A DNA stretch of 64,000 nucleotides from a virus (IMGVR_UViG_3300044634_001013:5702-69701); one strand, 5' to 3'. Counted from the first letter of the stretch, positions 18,451-26,581 are shown. Notes: generated by a model not told the origin, from the sequence alone. Numbers and translations: made by a program.

Positions 18451-19665
18451 ATGCCAACATTAGGAAATACACCAAGACCAGCTTATGTATATGATACAGA
18501 GACAGATACTTGGGTTCCCGTCGGAGTAGGAGCACATACTCATAGCGATATACCAAATACATTGGTAGATGCTAAGGGAGATCTTATTACCGCCACCGCC
18601 GATAACGTTCCTGCCCGTTTAGCAAAAGGAGCGGACGGAACAGTATTAGTTGCAGACTCCACAACTTCAACAGGATTAGCTTGGCAGCCATATGCTCCAC
18701 AAGTTGTTGCAGGAAAAAATAAAATAATCAATGGAGATTTTTCAGTTTGGCAACGTGGATCTTCTTTTACAAGCCCATCAGATAATGTATTTACAGCAGA
18801 TCGCTGGAGACAAAATGGTGACGGAACAAAGGGCACAAGAATTTGGAGTAGACAAGCATTTACTCCAGGAGAAATTCCTGGATATGAATCTCAATACTAT
18901 ATGAGATTTCAGCAATCTGTGGCTGGTTCTGGAGCAACATATCAAAATATATTAATTCAGCCAATTGAAGATGTTAGAACGTTGGCTGGAAAAACTGTAA
19001 CTTTCTCATTTTGGGCAAAAGCAGACACAACTGGAAGAACTATTGCCCCTATAGCATATAGATTTTATGGAACAGGAAGCCCTTCTTCCGCAGAAGGAAT
19101 AAATCCAGCACCAATAACATTAACTACATCATGGCAAAGATATTCCTCAACATTTTTTATTCCGTCTTTAGCTGGCAAAACAATATCTTCATCTGATCAT
19201 ACTTTGCAAATGATTTTAGCTCCGACATTTAATATTGCTCAAACAATTGATATTTGGGGGATTCAATTAGAAGAAGGATCAGTAGCAACCCCATTTAGCA
19301 CAGCAACAGGAACTATTCAGGGAGAGCTCGCTGCATGCCAAAGATATTATTATAAAATAGGTCCATCCGATGGATCTTCTTCATCATTTTTATATTCACC
19401 ATTGGGAATGGCTAATGCTACTACTCAAGTAATTGTTACATTTCCTTTCCCTCAAATAATGCGTGTTAAGCCAACATCTATTGAGTATACAAATCCAAGA
19501 GTTTCTGATGGGGCAAACGTATCAACTGCAACATCTTTAATTTTGGGAGATGCTTCATCAAGCCTGGGCTCTGTTAATGTTAATGGATCTGGATTTACAG
19601 TATTTAGAAATTATTGGATGATGAATAACAGTAACTCATCCCTTGCGTTTAACGCAGAACTATAA
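18451..19665 (+). CDS. Fibre cassette 3 slot D: receptor-binding protein (CBM-like + AEL domain)
   Basis: PAYVYDTETDTW N-terminal motif; AKGD module; IEDVR; ELAACQRYY; FNAEL. Confidence 0.8.
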   Translation: MPTLGNTPRPAYVYDTETDTWVPVGVGAHTHSDIPNTLVDAKGDLITATADNVPARLAKGADGTVLVADSTTSTGLAWQPYAPQVVAGKNKIINGDFSVWQRGSSFTSPSDNVFTADRWRQNGDGTKGTRIWSRQAFTPGEIPGYESQYYMRFQQSVAGSGATYQNILIQPIEDVRTLAGKTVTFSFWAKADTTGRTIAPIAYRFYGTGSPSSAEGINPAPITLTTSWQRYSSTFFIPSLAGKTISSSDHTLQMILAPTFNIAQTIDIWGIQLEEGSVATPFSTATGTIQGELAACQRYYYKIGPSDGSSSSFLYSPLGMANATTQVIVTFPFPQIMRVKPTSIEYTNPRVSDGANVSTATSLILGDASSSLGSVNVNGSGFTVFRNYWMMNNSNSSLAFNAEL

Positions 19666-19676
19666 GGAGAAATAAA

Positions 19677-19841
19677 ATGCTAAACTATGAAAGAATAACA
19701 ACTACAAACATGGATGAAACTACAACAGATCATATTATTATAGATCGTGGAAATGATGAGTTTACTTCGTTTCCCGCCGTTGATGGAAACCCTGCATATG
19801 AAGCTTTTAAGTTACAACTAGAAGCAGAAGCAGCGGAATAA
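19677..19841 (+). CDS. Unlisted 54-aa chaperone-like ORF (cassette 3 slot E)
   Basis: AAGGAG SD; hand translation MLNYERITTTNMDETTTDHIIIDRGNDEFTSFPAVDGNPAYEAFKLQLEAEAAE; fills the gap exactly. Confidence 0.8.
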   Translation: MLNYERITTTNMDETTTDHIIIDRGNDEFTSFPAVDGNPAYEAFKLQLEAEAAE

Positions 19842-19845
19842 AAAT

Positions 19846-21624
19846 ATGTCATATCAGCTTAAGGTAATCAAGGATTACCCAATTGGTTTTTGGCCATTGG
19901 ATGAGTCTTCTGGAACTACCGCTGCTGATATTTCAGGATGCGGAAACAATGGAACATATACTGGAGGATTATCTACTGGCTTAATCCCATTAGTTTCTGG
20001 AGGCCTAAACGGGTCTTTAATTAATAATACAAAATATATAACCTTACCAGTAACTAAAGATTATTATGGATCTACCGCCGACGGCGGCTTTGCAGATGAA
20101 AATTCATCTGACAATGATTTTTCATTAGAGGTTTGGATATACCCTAAATTTACAACCTCCTCATTAACTCCGATATTTGCAGACAGCTCAGCAGATGTTG
20201 GAATATATTATGAAAAAGGAAACATTGTTTTTAAACTTGAAGCGGAAAGAATAGACTATACACTTCCAATAATTAGCTCATCCATACACATCGTTGCTGT
20301 ATATTCTAAATCAAGTATGTCTTTGTATGTAAATGGAAAGTTTGGATCAAGCAAGGCTCTGGATAATTTTAAATTTACAAACCCATCTATCACATTAAAA
20401 GTCGGTCCAACAACTAGTGCATCAGATTCATTTATTGTAGATGCTCCTGCCGTATATAGATACGGATTAGATTTAAATTTGGCGGCAGAACATTATTCTA
20501 TTTCAAGTGGCATATCTCCTTTGCAGGTAGCCTATCCAGAAAACGGAACTTTATTTGATATATATGACGATGGTGTTTCAAGACAATATGCATTTATGTA
20601 CCCCGCAAATAGACCATGGGAATATTTCTTAACTGAAGACTTAATATATAATGGCGAAGAACAATATATAGAAATTAAAAAAACGGCCACAGCAGCCTCT
20701 AAGAGCGTCGTAATCACAGATGCTATAGCAATACCTTCGGGATTCAATCTAGACTCGTCTAAGATAGAGTGGAACGGCGATAACGGGGTATCTGTAAGAG
20801 CCTCTACAGATGGTACAACATGGCAACCATGTATTAATGGAAGATCTATTCCTCAATTTAAATTAGATGATTCTTCATTTAGCACAGAAAGAACCCTTTA
20901 TCTTGAGATAACTTTAGCCTCATCAGATGCATCTAAATATCTACCAAGGCTTTATAGCTTAATTCTATGTTTTTATAATGACCAGATATTGTATTCTCAA
21001 ACTAATGGCGACTATTTAAATACTTTAGATGGACTATCTGGGGCTACAATAAAAGAAATTACGACGGGTAGAATTAGTCATCCTATTCTTTCCCGCCATA
21101 AAAATAATGGCCTAAGAACTGGATCGGCATCTGGCTTTAAAGTAAATACATCAGAATCAATTAGAACCGTAGAGTTCTTTTTGACGCTATCAGCCCTCAC
21201 CGCAAATTGTATATTATTTAGTAGCGCAGATGGAACCTATGTTGCCTCTAAGTTTGCCTGGGGAAATACTGGAACTATTGATAAAACAAACATATCTTCA
21301 ATACATGTCAATGGTATCGACAAGACGTCTGCAACAAATATTAGTACGGTGTTTACAGCAGACGAGCTGTATCATATAGTGATAGTGACATCTGGTCCAA
21401 TTACTGGACCAATTAGGTTCAACTATTTAAGCTCAGGCGGCCCATCTTCCCTATATCAGTATTTGTCATACTACCCAGAAGCATTTACTTCTCAAAATGC
21501 TGTAGACCATTACAACATGCATATAGGCAGAACCTCGTCTGTAGCAGACGATTCGTCTGTGGCTTTGACAGAAAATGCAGTTAACTTCTATAATAATGAC
21601 TGGATCGTAATCCAAAACAGATAA
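19846..21624 (+). CDS. LamG/concanavalin-A-like domain virion protein
   Basis: IGFWPLDESSGTTAADISG.GNNGTY...FSLEVWI...HIVAVY...LYVNG. Confidence 0.75.
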   Translation: MSYQLKVIKDYPIGFWPLDESSGTTAADISGCGNNGTYTGGLSTGLIPLVSGGLNGSLINNTKYITLPVTKDYYGSTADGGFADENSSDNDFSLEVWIYPKFTTSSLTPIFADSSADVGIYYEKGNIVFKLEAERIDYTLPIISSSIHIVAVYSKSSMSLYVNGKFGSSKALDNFKFTNPSITLKVGPTTSASDSFIVDAPAVYRYGLDLNLAAEHYSISSGISPLQVAYPENGTLFDIYDDGVSRQYAFMYPANRPWEYFLTEDLIYNGEEQYIEIKKTATAASKSVVITDAIAIPSGFNLDSSKIEWNGDNGVSVRASTDGTTWQPCINGRSIPQFKLDDSSFSTERTLYLEITLASSDASKYLPRLYSLILCFYNDQILYSQTNGDYLNTLDGLSGATIKEITTGRISHPILSRHKNNGLRTGSASGFKVNTSESIRTVEFFLTLSALTANCILFSSADGTYVASKFAWGNTGTIDKTNISSIHVNGIDKTSATNISTVFTADELYHIVIVTSGPITGPIRFNYLSSGGPSSLYQYLSYYPEAFTSQNAVDHYNMHIGRTSSVADDSSVALTENAVNFYNNDWIVIQNR

Positions 21625-21645
21625 TTTGTCAGACTGCCTGACAAA
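21625..21645. promoter_or_regulatory. Inverted repeat TTTGTCAG-N5-CTGACAAA just upstream of the head-operon promoter
   Basis: Perfect 8-bp arms; function (operator, activator site or hairpin) unknown. Confidence 0.5.
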
Positions 21646-21649
21646 AAGC

Positions 21650-21678
21650 TGGACTTAAACAGCAAAGAATGGTAAAAT
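21650..21678 (+). promoter_or_regulatory. Sigma70-type promoter TGGACT-17-TAAAAT with TG extension, probably leaderless
   Basis: 17-bp spacer; ATG 8 nt after the -10; no SD. Confidence 0.65.
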
Positions 21679-21686
21679 AAAAGCCT

Positions 21687-22031
21687 ATGGATATTAACAA
21701 GGTTAATTCAAAAGTTTTGGAAGAAGAAACAAGACTAGGTATTTATGTCTGGGAAATGCCAGATGGTAGATGGATTGGAGACGATGATGGTAACTTTCTT
21801 TCTATCACGTCGACAAAAGGAAATAGATCCAAAGTCGATGCTCTGGCTAGAGAAGTTCGCTCATATGGTATATATGAGGGCGGGCCTAAATTTCTTTCAG
21901 GAAGAAGAAAAATTGACGACGAAGAGTTCTCATACCAACAGTCAAGATTGAACCTAGGCCTTGTGCCAGATCCATTAGATATTGGAAGCTATAAAGACGA
22001 GATGAAGAACTTAAAGAATTTAAGGGGATAA
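21687..22031 (+). CDS. Hypothetical protein preceding the portal gene
   Basis: Clean ORF under its own promoter; GIYVWEMPDG...DDDGNFLSI. Confidence 0.7.
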   Translation: MDINKVNSKVLEEETRLGIYVWEMPDGRWIGDDDGNFLSITSTKGNRSKVDALAREVRSYGIYEGGPKFLSGRRKIDDEEFSYQQSRLNLGLVPDPLDIGSYKDEMKNLKNLRG

Positions 22032-22032
22032 A

Positions 22033-23613
22033 ATGGAATTTATTGAAGAAGAGACAGAACAAGTAAACGAAATCAGAATTAACAATTCTTCTGATTGGTT
22101 TTCATTTAAAAAAGAATCTTCAAGCAATGACCCATTTGATATTGGAAAAGACGACCTTGCAAAAGTAAGAGGCCTCAGTCCAGCATTCCGTCGTAAGATG
22201 TCAAGAGAATTAAGTAAATCATTTACTGGAGTTGACGGTGCGGCAACACAACAAAATCTTTTGGCACAAGCAATCAGCGGATACTCAATGTTCGATCTTG
22301 TACAGCCACCATATAACCTAGAATACCTATCACAAATTTATGAAATATCAACATACAACTACGCAGCAATTAATGCTAAGGTTTCAAACATCATCGGTCT
22401 CGGATATGACTTCGTTGAAACAAAGAAAACAAATGATGCCTTCGATTCAATTACAGACGATAAGCAATTAGAAAGAGCACGTAGAAAATTAAATAAGCTT
22501 CGTCAAGATTTGAATGCTTGGCTTGATTCAACAAATGATGAAGATACCTTTACAGAAACTCTTAAAAAGGTTTATACAGATTTAGAGGCAACAGGAAATG
22601 GATTCCTTGAAATCAGCAGAACCACAGCAGGAAACATCGGATATATTGGACATATCCCAGCTAAGACAATGCGTGTGCGTCGTCTGCGTGATGGATTCAT
22701 TCAGCTACTCTATGGCAAGGCCGTTTACTTCAGAAACTTTGGAGATATGGACACACCAAGTCCGATTACATCTCAGGAAGATCGGCCAAACGAAGTAATT
22801 CATTTGAAGAAGTATACTCCAATGAATAACTATTATGGCATCCCAGATATTATTGCTGCACAGAATGCATTGGCTGGAAATGAATTTGCTGGTCGTTATA
22901 ACCTAGACTACTTTGAAAATAAAGCGGTACCTCGCTATATTATTACGGTCAAGGGCGCAAAGCTTTCACCAGACTCAGAAAGAAAACTGCTTGAATTTTT
23001 CCAGGTTGGACTAAAGGGCAAAAACCATAGATCCCTTTATGTTCCACTTCCAGCAGATACACCAGACTCAAAGGTTGAATTTAAGATGGAGCCTATTGAG
23101 GCGGGAACCCAAGAGTCATCATTTAATAAATATCGTCAGGCCAATAGAGACGAAATCCTATTAGCTCACAGAGTTCCTATTAATAAGATCGGTGTTCCTG
23201 AAGGAGTATCCCTTGCAAATGCTCGTGATGCAGACAAGACATTTAAAGAGCAGGTTTGTAGACCAGCTCAGATGATATTAGAGAAAAGATTAAATCAAAT
23301 ATTTGCAGAAAAGACAGATGCTCTTTCTCTTAAATTTAATGAATTAACGCTTACAGACGAAGATACTCAGTCTAAAATTGATGAGAGATATTTGCGTATG
23401 CAGGTAATTACCCCTAATGAAGTTCGTATTAGGAAGGGCATGATTCCTCTAGACGGAGGAGATGATGTTATTGAATTAAAACCCCAAGCAGCGGCGGAGG
23501 CTAGATCTCAGGCTGGAAATACTAGAGCCAGATCACAAGAAAGACAAAGTAATTCTCCCGATAATTCTGGAGAGGGCCGTAATGCTAAGGGGGATGGCAG
23601 AACAGTAGAGTAG
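22033..23613 (+). CDS. Portal protein
   Basis: DLEATGNGFLEI, HIPAKTMR, NEVIHLKKY...YYGIPD, YFENKAVP, ILLAHRVP, ITPNEVR...PLDGGD portal motifs. Confidence 0.92.
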   Translation: MEFIEEETEQVNEIRINNSSDWFSFKKESSSNDPFDIGKDDLAKVRGLSPAFRRKMSRELSKSFTGVDGAATQQNLLAQAISGYSMFDLVQPPYNLEYLSQIYEISTYNYAAINAKVSNIIGLGYDFVETKKTNDAFDSITDDKQLERARRKLNKLRQDLNAWLDSTNDEDTFTETLKKVYTDLEATGNGFLEISRTTAGNIGYIGHIPAKTMRVRRLRDGFIQLLYGKAVYFRNFGDMDTPSPITSQEDRPNEVIHLKKYTPMNNYYGIPDIIAAQNALAGNEFAGRYNLDYFENKAVPRYIITVKGAKLSPDSERKLLEFFQVGLKGKNHRSLYVPLPADTPDSKVEFKMEPIEAGTQESSFNKYRQANRDEILLAHRVPINKIGVPEGVSLANARDADKTFKEQVCRPAQMILEKRLNQIFAEKTDALSLKFNELTLTDEDTQSKIDERYLRMQVITPNEVRIRKGMIPLDGGDDVIELKPQAAAEARSQAGNTRARSQERQSNSPDNSGEGRNAKGDGRTVE

Positions 23614-23631
23614 TACTGCTCAACTAGTTAT

Positions 23632-23660
23632 TTGCCTTTTTATCTACAAATAGATAAAAT
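23632..23660 (+). promoter_or_regulatory. Promoter TTGCCT-17-TAAAAT, leaderless for the protease gene
   Basis: Same hexamers and spacing as 29278-29306; ATG at 23668, 7 nt after the -10. Confidence 0.7.
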
Positions 23661-23667
23661 TAACCAT

Positions 23668-24987
23668 ATGAACATTGAAAAGTCACATTGGTCATCCAAT
23701 GGAGAAAACATAAGCCTTACAGTTCCTTTCACAAAAGTAAATCGTGAGAAGAGAACAGTTTCTGGTTTTGCAACACTTGATAACATTGACCAGACAAATG
23801 ATGTAGTTACATCAGAAGCAAGCTTAAAAGCATTTGAAAGTTTCCGTGGAAACATTCGTGAAATGCACACACCACTTGCAGTAGGCAAGATGCTTTCATT
23901 TAGACCAGAAACATTCTATGATCCAAAGTCTGGTGCATTCTACAATGGAATCTATGTCGACGTTTATGTATCAAAAGGCGCAAATGATACATGGGAAAAA
24001 TGTCTAGACGGAACACTAACAGGATTTTCAATCGGCGGAAAAATTACAGAGTCAGATAATGAAGTAAATAAGTCAACAGGACAAACAGTTAGATTCATTA
24101 AGTCTTATGATTTAGTTGAACTTTCAATTGTTGATTCTCCTGCAAACGAACTATGTAACGTTCTATCTATTTCTAAAATGAATGGGCAGCTAATTTTTAA
24201 AGGAATGGCAGCGGATGTAGTTGCAGAAAATATTTTTTATTGTGAACAAAGCGATTCAGTTTTTATGTCAACAGAGAAGACATTTGATTCACCAGTTTCT
24301 GGATTACCAGCAACCTTAATTGGCTGGGTGGAATCAACAGATGTTAACAAGTCAAAAGAAATAGATAAGATTCTTGCTTCATTCAAGAAGTCAAGATTAC
24401 CGTTGCCTGATACACAAACAATTGCAAAACAGGCAAACGCAGAAGGAGGTAATGAAGTGTCAGAAAATACAGAAAACACAGTAGTCGAAGAGACTACAGT
24501 TGTTGAAGAGACTCCAGTTGTTGCTGAAGAAGCACCAGCAGTTGTCGAAGAAGCTCCTGCAGCAGATGCAGTAGCAGACGCTCCTGCCGAAACTCTGGAA
24601 AAAGCAGCCGATGTATCAGAAGTTGAGGTTGATGAACCTGATTTTGCAAAGATGCTAGGCGATCTAAAAGGCTTTTTCTCAGATACTCTAAACAAGGCAT
24701 CAGAAGCAAATGCTGTACAAGTTTCAGCTATTAAAGAAACAGTTGAAGTATTCAGCAAGAGCGTTGATACAAGAATTTCAGAGTTGGCAGAACAACATAC
24801 TGCGCTTAGCGCAGCAGTTAATCAAATCAAGAACACGATTGATGGCGTAGAAAAGCGTGTCGATGCAGTAGAATCCGAGACTGCAATTAAGAAGTCCTCT
24901 GACCTTGGCGGGTCACAGGAAGTAAAAATCCAAAAATCAACATGGGGCGGTTCTTTCCTCGGCTCCGTAAAAGATTTAATCAACTAA
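23668..24987 (+). CDS. Prohead (capsid maturation) protease fused to a scaffold domain
   Basis: RTVSGFAT.DNID...D, IREMH...AVGK, GTLTGFSIGG, LVELSIVDSPAN (HK97-type protease); acidic, coiled-coil C-terminus; start moved to ATG 23668. Confidence 0.88.
   Translation: MNIEKSHWSSNGENISLTVPFTKVNREKRTVSGFATLDNIDQTNDVVTSEASLKAFESFRGNIREMHTPLAVGKMLSFRPETFYDPKSGAFYNGIYVDVYVSKGANDTWEKCLDGTLTGFSIGGKITESDNEVNKSTGQTVRFIKSYDLVELSIVDSPANELCNVLSISKMNGQLIFKGMAADVVAENIFYCEQSDSVFMSTEKTFDSPVSGLPATLIGWVESTDVNKSKEIDKILASFKKSRLPLPDTQTIAKQANAEGGNEVSENTENTVVEETTVVEETPVVAEEAPAVVEEAPAADAVADAPAETLEKAADVSEVEVDEPDFAKMLGDLKGFFSDTLNKASEANAVQVSAIKETVEVFSKSVDTRISELAEQHTALSAAVNQIKNTIDGVEKRVDAVESETAIKKSSDLGGSQEVKIQKSTWGGSFLGSVKDLIN
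24457..24987 (+). CDS. Nested in-frame scaffolding protein (176 aa) inside the protease gene
   Basis: Perfect AAGGAGGT SD at 24443-24450, 6 nt before an in-frame GTG at 24457; product starts (M)SENTENTVVEE. Confidence 0.75.
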   Translation: MSENTENTVVEETTVVEETPVVAEEAPAVVEEAPAADAVADAPAETLEKAADVSEVEVDEPDFAKMLGDLKGFFSDTLNKASEANAVQVSAIKETVEVFSKSVDTRISELAEQHTALSAAVNQIKNTIDGVEKRVDAVESETAIKKSSDLGGSQEVKIQKSTWGGSFLGSVKDLIN

Positions 24988-25009
24988 CTAAGGTAGGTGA
25001 AATAATATA

Positions 25010-26062
25010 ATGAGCAATGAATTGTTAGAAAAAACAATCGCATCTGGTACAACAGCAACAGCTGGCATGAACGGTGGTTCCCTTTCAGGAACTGGTGTAC
25101 ACGTCGGTGCTACCGAAACTGGTGGTCTGCTAAACCCAGAACAGTCTGCTCGCTTCCTGGACTACATGTTCGACGCTACCGTTATCGGTAAGGTCGCCCG
25201 CACTGTCCGTATGAAGTCAGACACAACAGAAATTGATCGCATGTCAGTAGGCGAAAAGCTTATGAAACTTGCAACAGAAGGTGACGACACTGGGTCTAAC
25301 TCAGCAGTAACTTTCTCAAAGATCTCTCTCACAACAAAGAAGCTTCGCTTGGACTGGGAGCTTTCAACAGAGTCTCTAGAAGATAATATTGAAGGTCCAG
25401 ATCTAGAAGATCACATCGCCCGCATGATGGCAACACAGGCAGGTAATGACATTGAAGATGTAGTCCTTAATGGAAATACATCACTATCATCAGATAACCT
25501 TTACAAGGCATTTGATGGTGTAGTAAAGAAGGCTAAGACTACAGGTCGCGTTGTCGATGCTGGTGGAGCTGCAGTAAGCCGTGCTGTATTTAACAGCGCA
25601 CTTAAGGCTCTTCCACGTAAGTACAAGCAACGTCGTGCAGATCTTCGCTTCTTGGCAGGTTCAAACCTAATCCAAGATTTCCTATATGCTAACAGCATTG
25701 GAACAAACAACACAATCCCACAAGATATCGCTTCAAGCGTAATCCGTGGTCAAGGTGTTCAGCCTCTAGGTGGTCCAGCAGGTTATGTGGCTCCATTCGC
25801 ATTCGGTATTCCGATTGTTGAAGTTCCACTACTTCCTGAAGCACAGGATGGCGATTACTCAGGAGAGACAGGCAACCACGGTGACATCCACTTGACATTC
25901 CCAAATAACGTAGTTATTGGTATCAAGCGTGACGTAACTGTTTACCGTTTCTTCTGGCCACGTAAGGACTCAATTGAGTACACAATGTATACTCGTGTTG
26001 GCGTCCAGATCGAACAGGCTGATGCTTGGGTCGTTGTAAAGAACGTTAAGGTAGCTTCTTAA
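25010..26062 (+). CDS. Major capsid protein (HK97 fold)
   Basis: Position after protease/scaffold; GGLLNPEQSARF, ELSTESLEDNIEG, NDIEDVVLNG, ALKALPRKY; high-expression codon bias; strong terminator downstream. Confidence 0.92.
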   Translation: MSNELLEKTIASGTTATAGMNGGSLSGTGVHVGATETGGLLNPEQSARFLDYMFDATVIGKVARTVRMKSDTTEIDRMSVGEKLMKLATEGDDTGSNSAVTFSKISLTTKKLRLDWELSTESLEDNIEGPDLEDHIARMMATQAGNDIEDVVLNGNTSLSSDNLYKAFDGVVKKAKTTGRVVDAGGAAVSRAVFNSALKALPRKYKQRRADLRFLAGSNLIQDFLYANSIGTNNTIPQDIASSVIRGQGVQPLGGPAGYVAPFAFGIPIVEVPLLPEAQDGDYSGETGNHGDIHLTFPNNVVIGIKRDVTVYRFFWPRKDSIEYTMYTRVGVQIEQADAWVVVKNVKVAS

Positions 26063-26085
26063 TTTAATTTAAGGATACCCTGCAA

Positions 26086-26123
26086 GAAAGGCCCCCAAAT
26101 TAATTTTGGGGGCTTTTCATTTT
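26086..26123 (+). terminator. Rho-independent terminator after the capsid gene
   Basis: GAAAGGCCCCCAAA-TTAAT-TTTGGGGGCTTTTC followed by ATTTT. Confidence 0.85.
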
Positions 26124-26133
26124 AATTTAAGAA

Positions 26134-26142
26134 TGCTATAAT
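26134..26142 (+). promoter_or_regulatory. Extended -10 promoter TGcTATAAT
   Basis: Directly downstream of the terminator, upstream of AAAGGAG SD. Confidence 0.7.
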
Positions 26143-26168
26143 TAGTTTACCTAGAAAAAGGAGAATAT

Positions 26169-26567
26169 ATGTCATTTGAGACATTGAAGGTTGCTGAACT
26201 TAAAAAGATAGCAGAAGATTTTGCGGTAGACGTAAGTACTATTAAAAGCAAAAGTGATATCATTGCAGCACTGGCAGACGAAGGAGTTACCTGGTCTGTT
26301 TATAGCAAGACACTTAAAGATGTAGCAGAGGCGGAAGATATTTCTGATGAGCCATTGACCAAGTTTGATCCTAAGAAGGATTTAACTGCAGACACGGTTC
26401 TTGTCAGAATGACTAGAGATAATTTCCGATATGATATTTTGGGGCAGACCTTTACAAAGGAGCACCCATTCGTAGCAATGAAGGAAGAACAAGCTCAAGA
26501 AATTTTTGACAAGGAGGATGGTTTCCGTTTAGCAACACCTAAAGAAGTACAGGAATTTTACGGATAA
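26169..26567 (+). CDS. Protein with N-terminal helix-extension-helix (Rho-N/LEM-like) motif
   Basis: LKVAELKKIAEDFAV...KSDIIAAL. Confidence 0.6.
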   Translation: MSFETLKVAELKKIAEDFAVDVSTIKSKSDIIAALADEGVTWSVYSKTLKDVAEAEDISDEPLTKFDPKKDLTADTVLVRMTRDNFRYDILGQTFTKEHPFVAMKEEQAQEIFDKEDGFRLATPKEVQEFYG

Positions 26568-26581
26568 TCTTTATAATATAA

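Noticed and set aside
3520-19665. Diversity-generating retroelement acting on the paralogous fibre tips
   Set aside because: No reverse transcriptase in the window and no ~100-bp near-identical pair differing only at adenines; an element elsewhere in the genome cannot be excluded
3520-19841. Invertase shufflon for fibre switching
   Set aside because: All modules are on one strand with their own starts; no inverted crossover sites or site-specific recombinase seen
23632-23667. Listed TTG start of the protease (likewise listed starts 11967, 40148, 50547, 53591, 58050)
   Set aside because: The TTG is the -35 hexamer; for the others, downstream starts have better SD, coupling or overlap support
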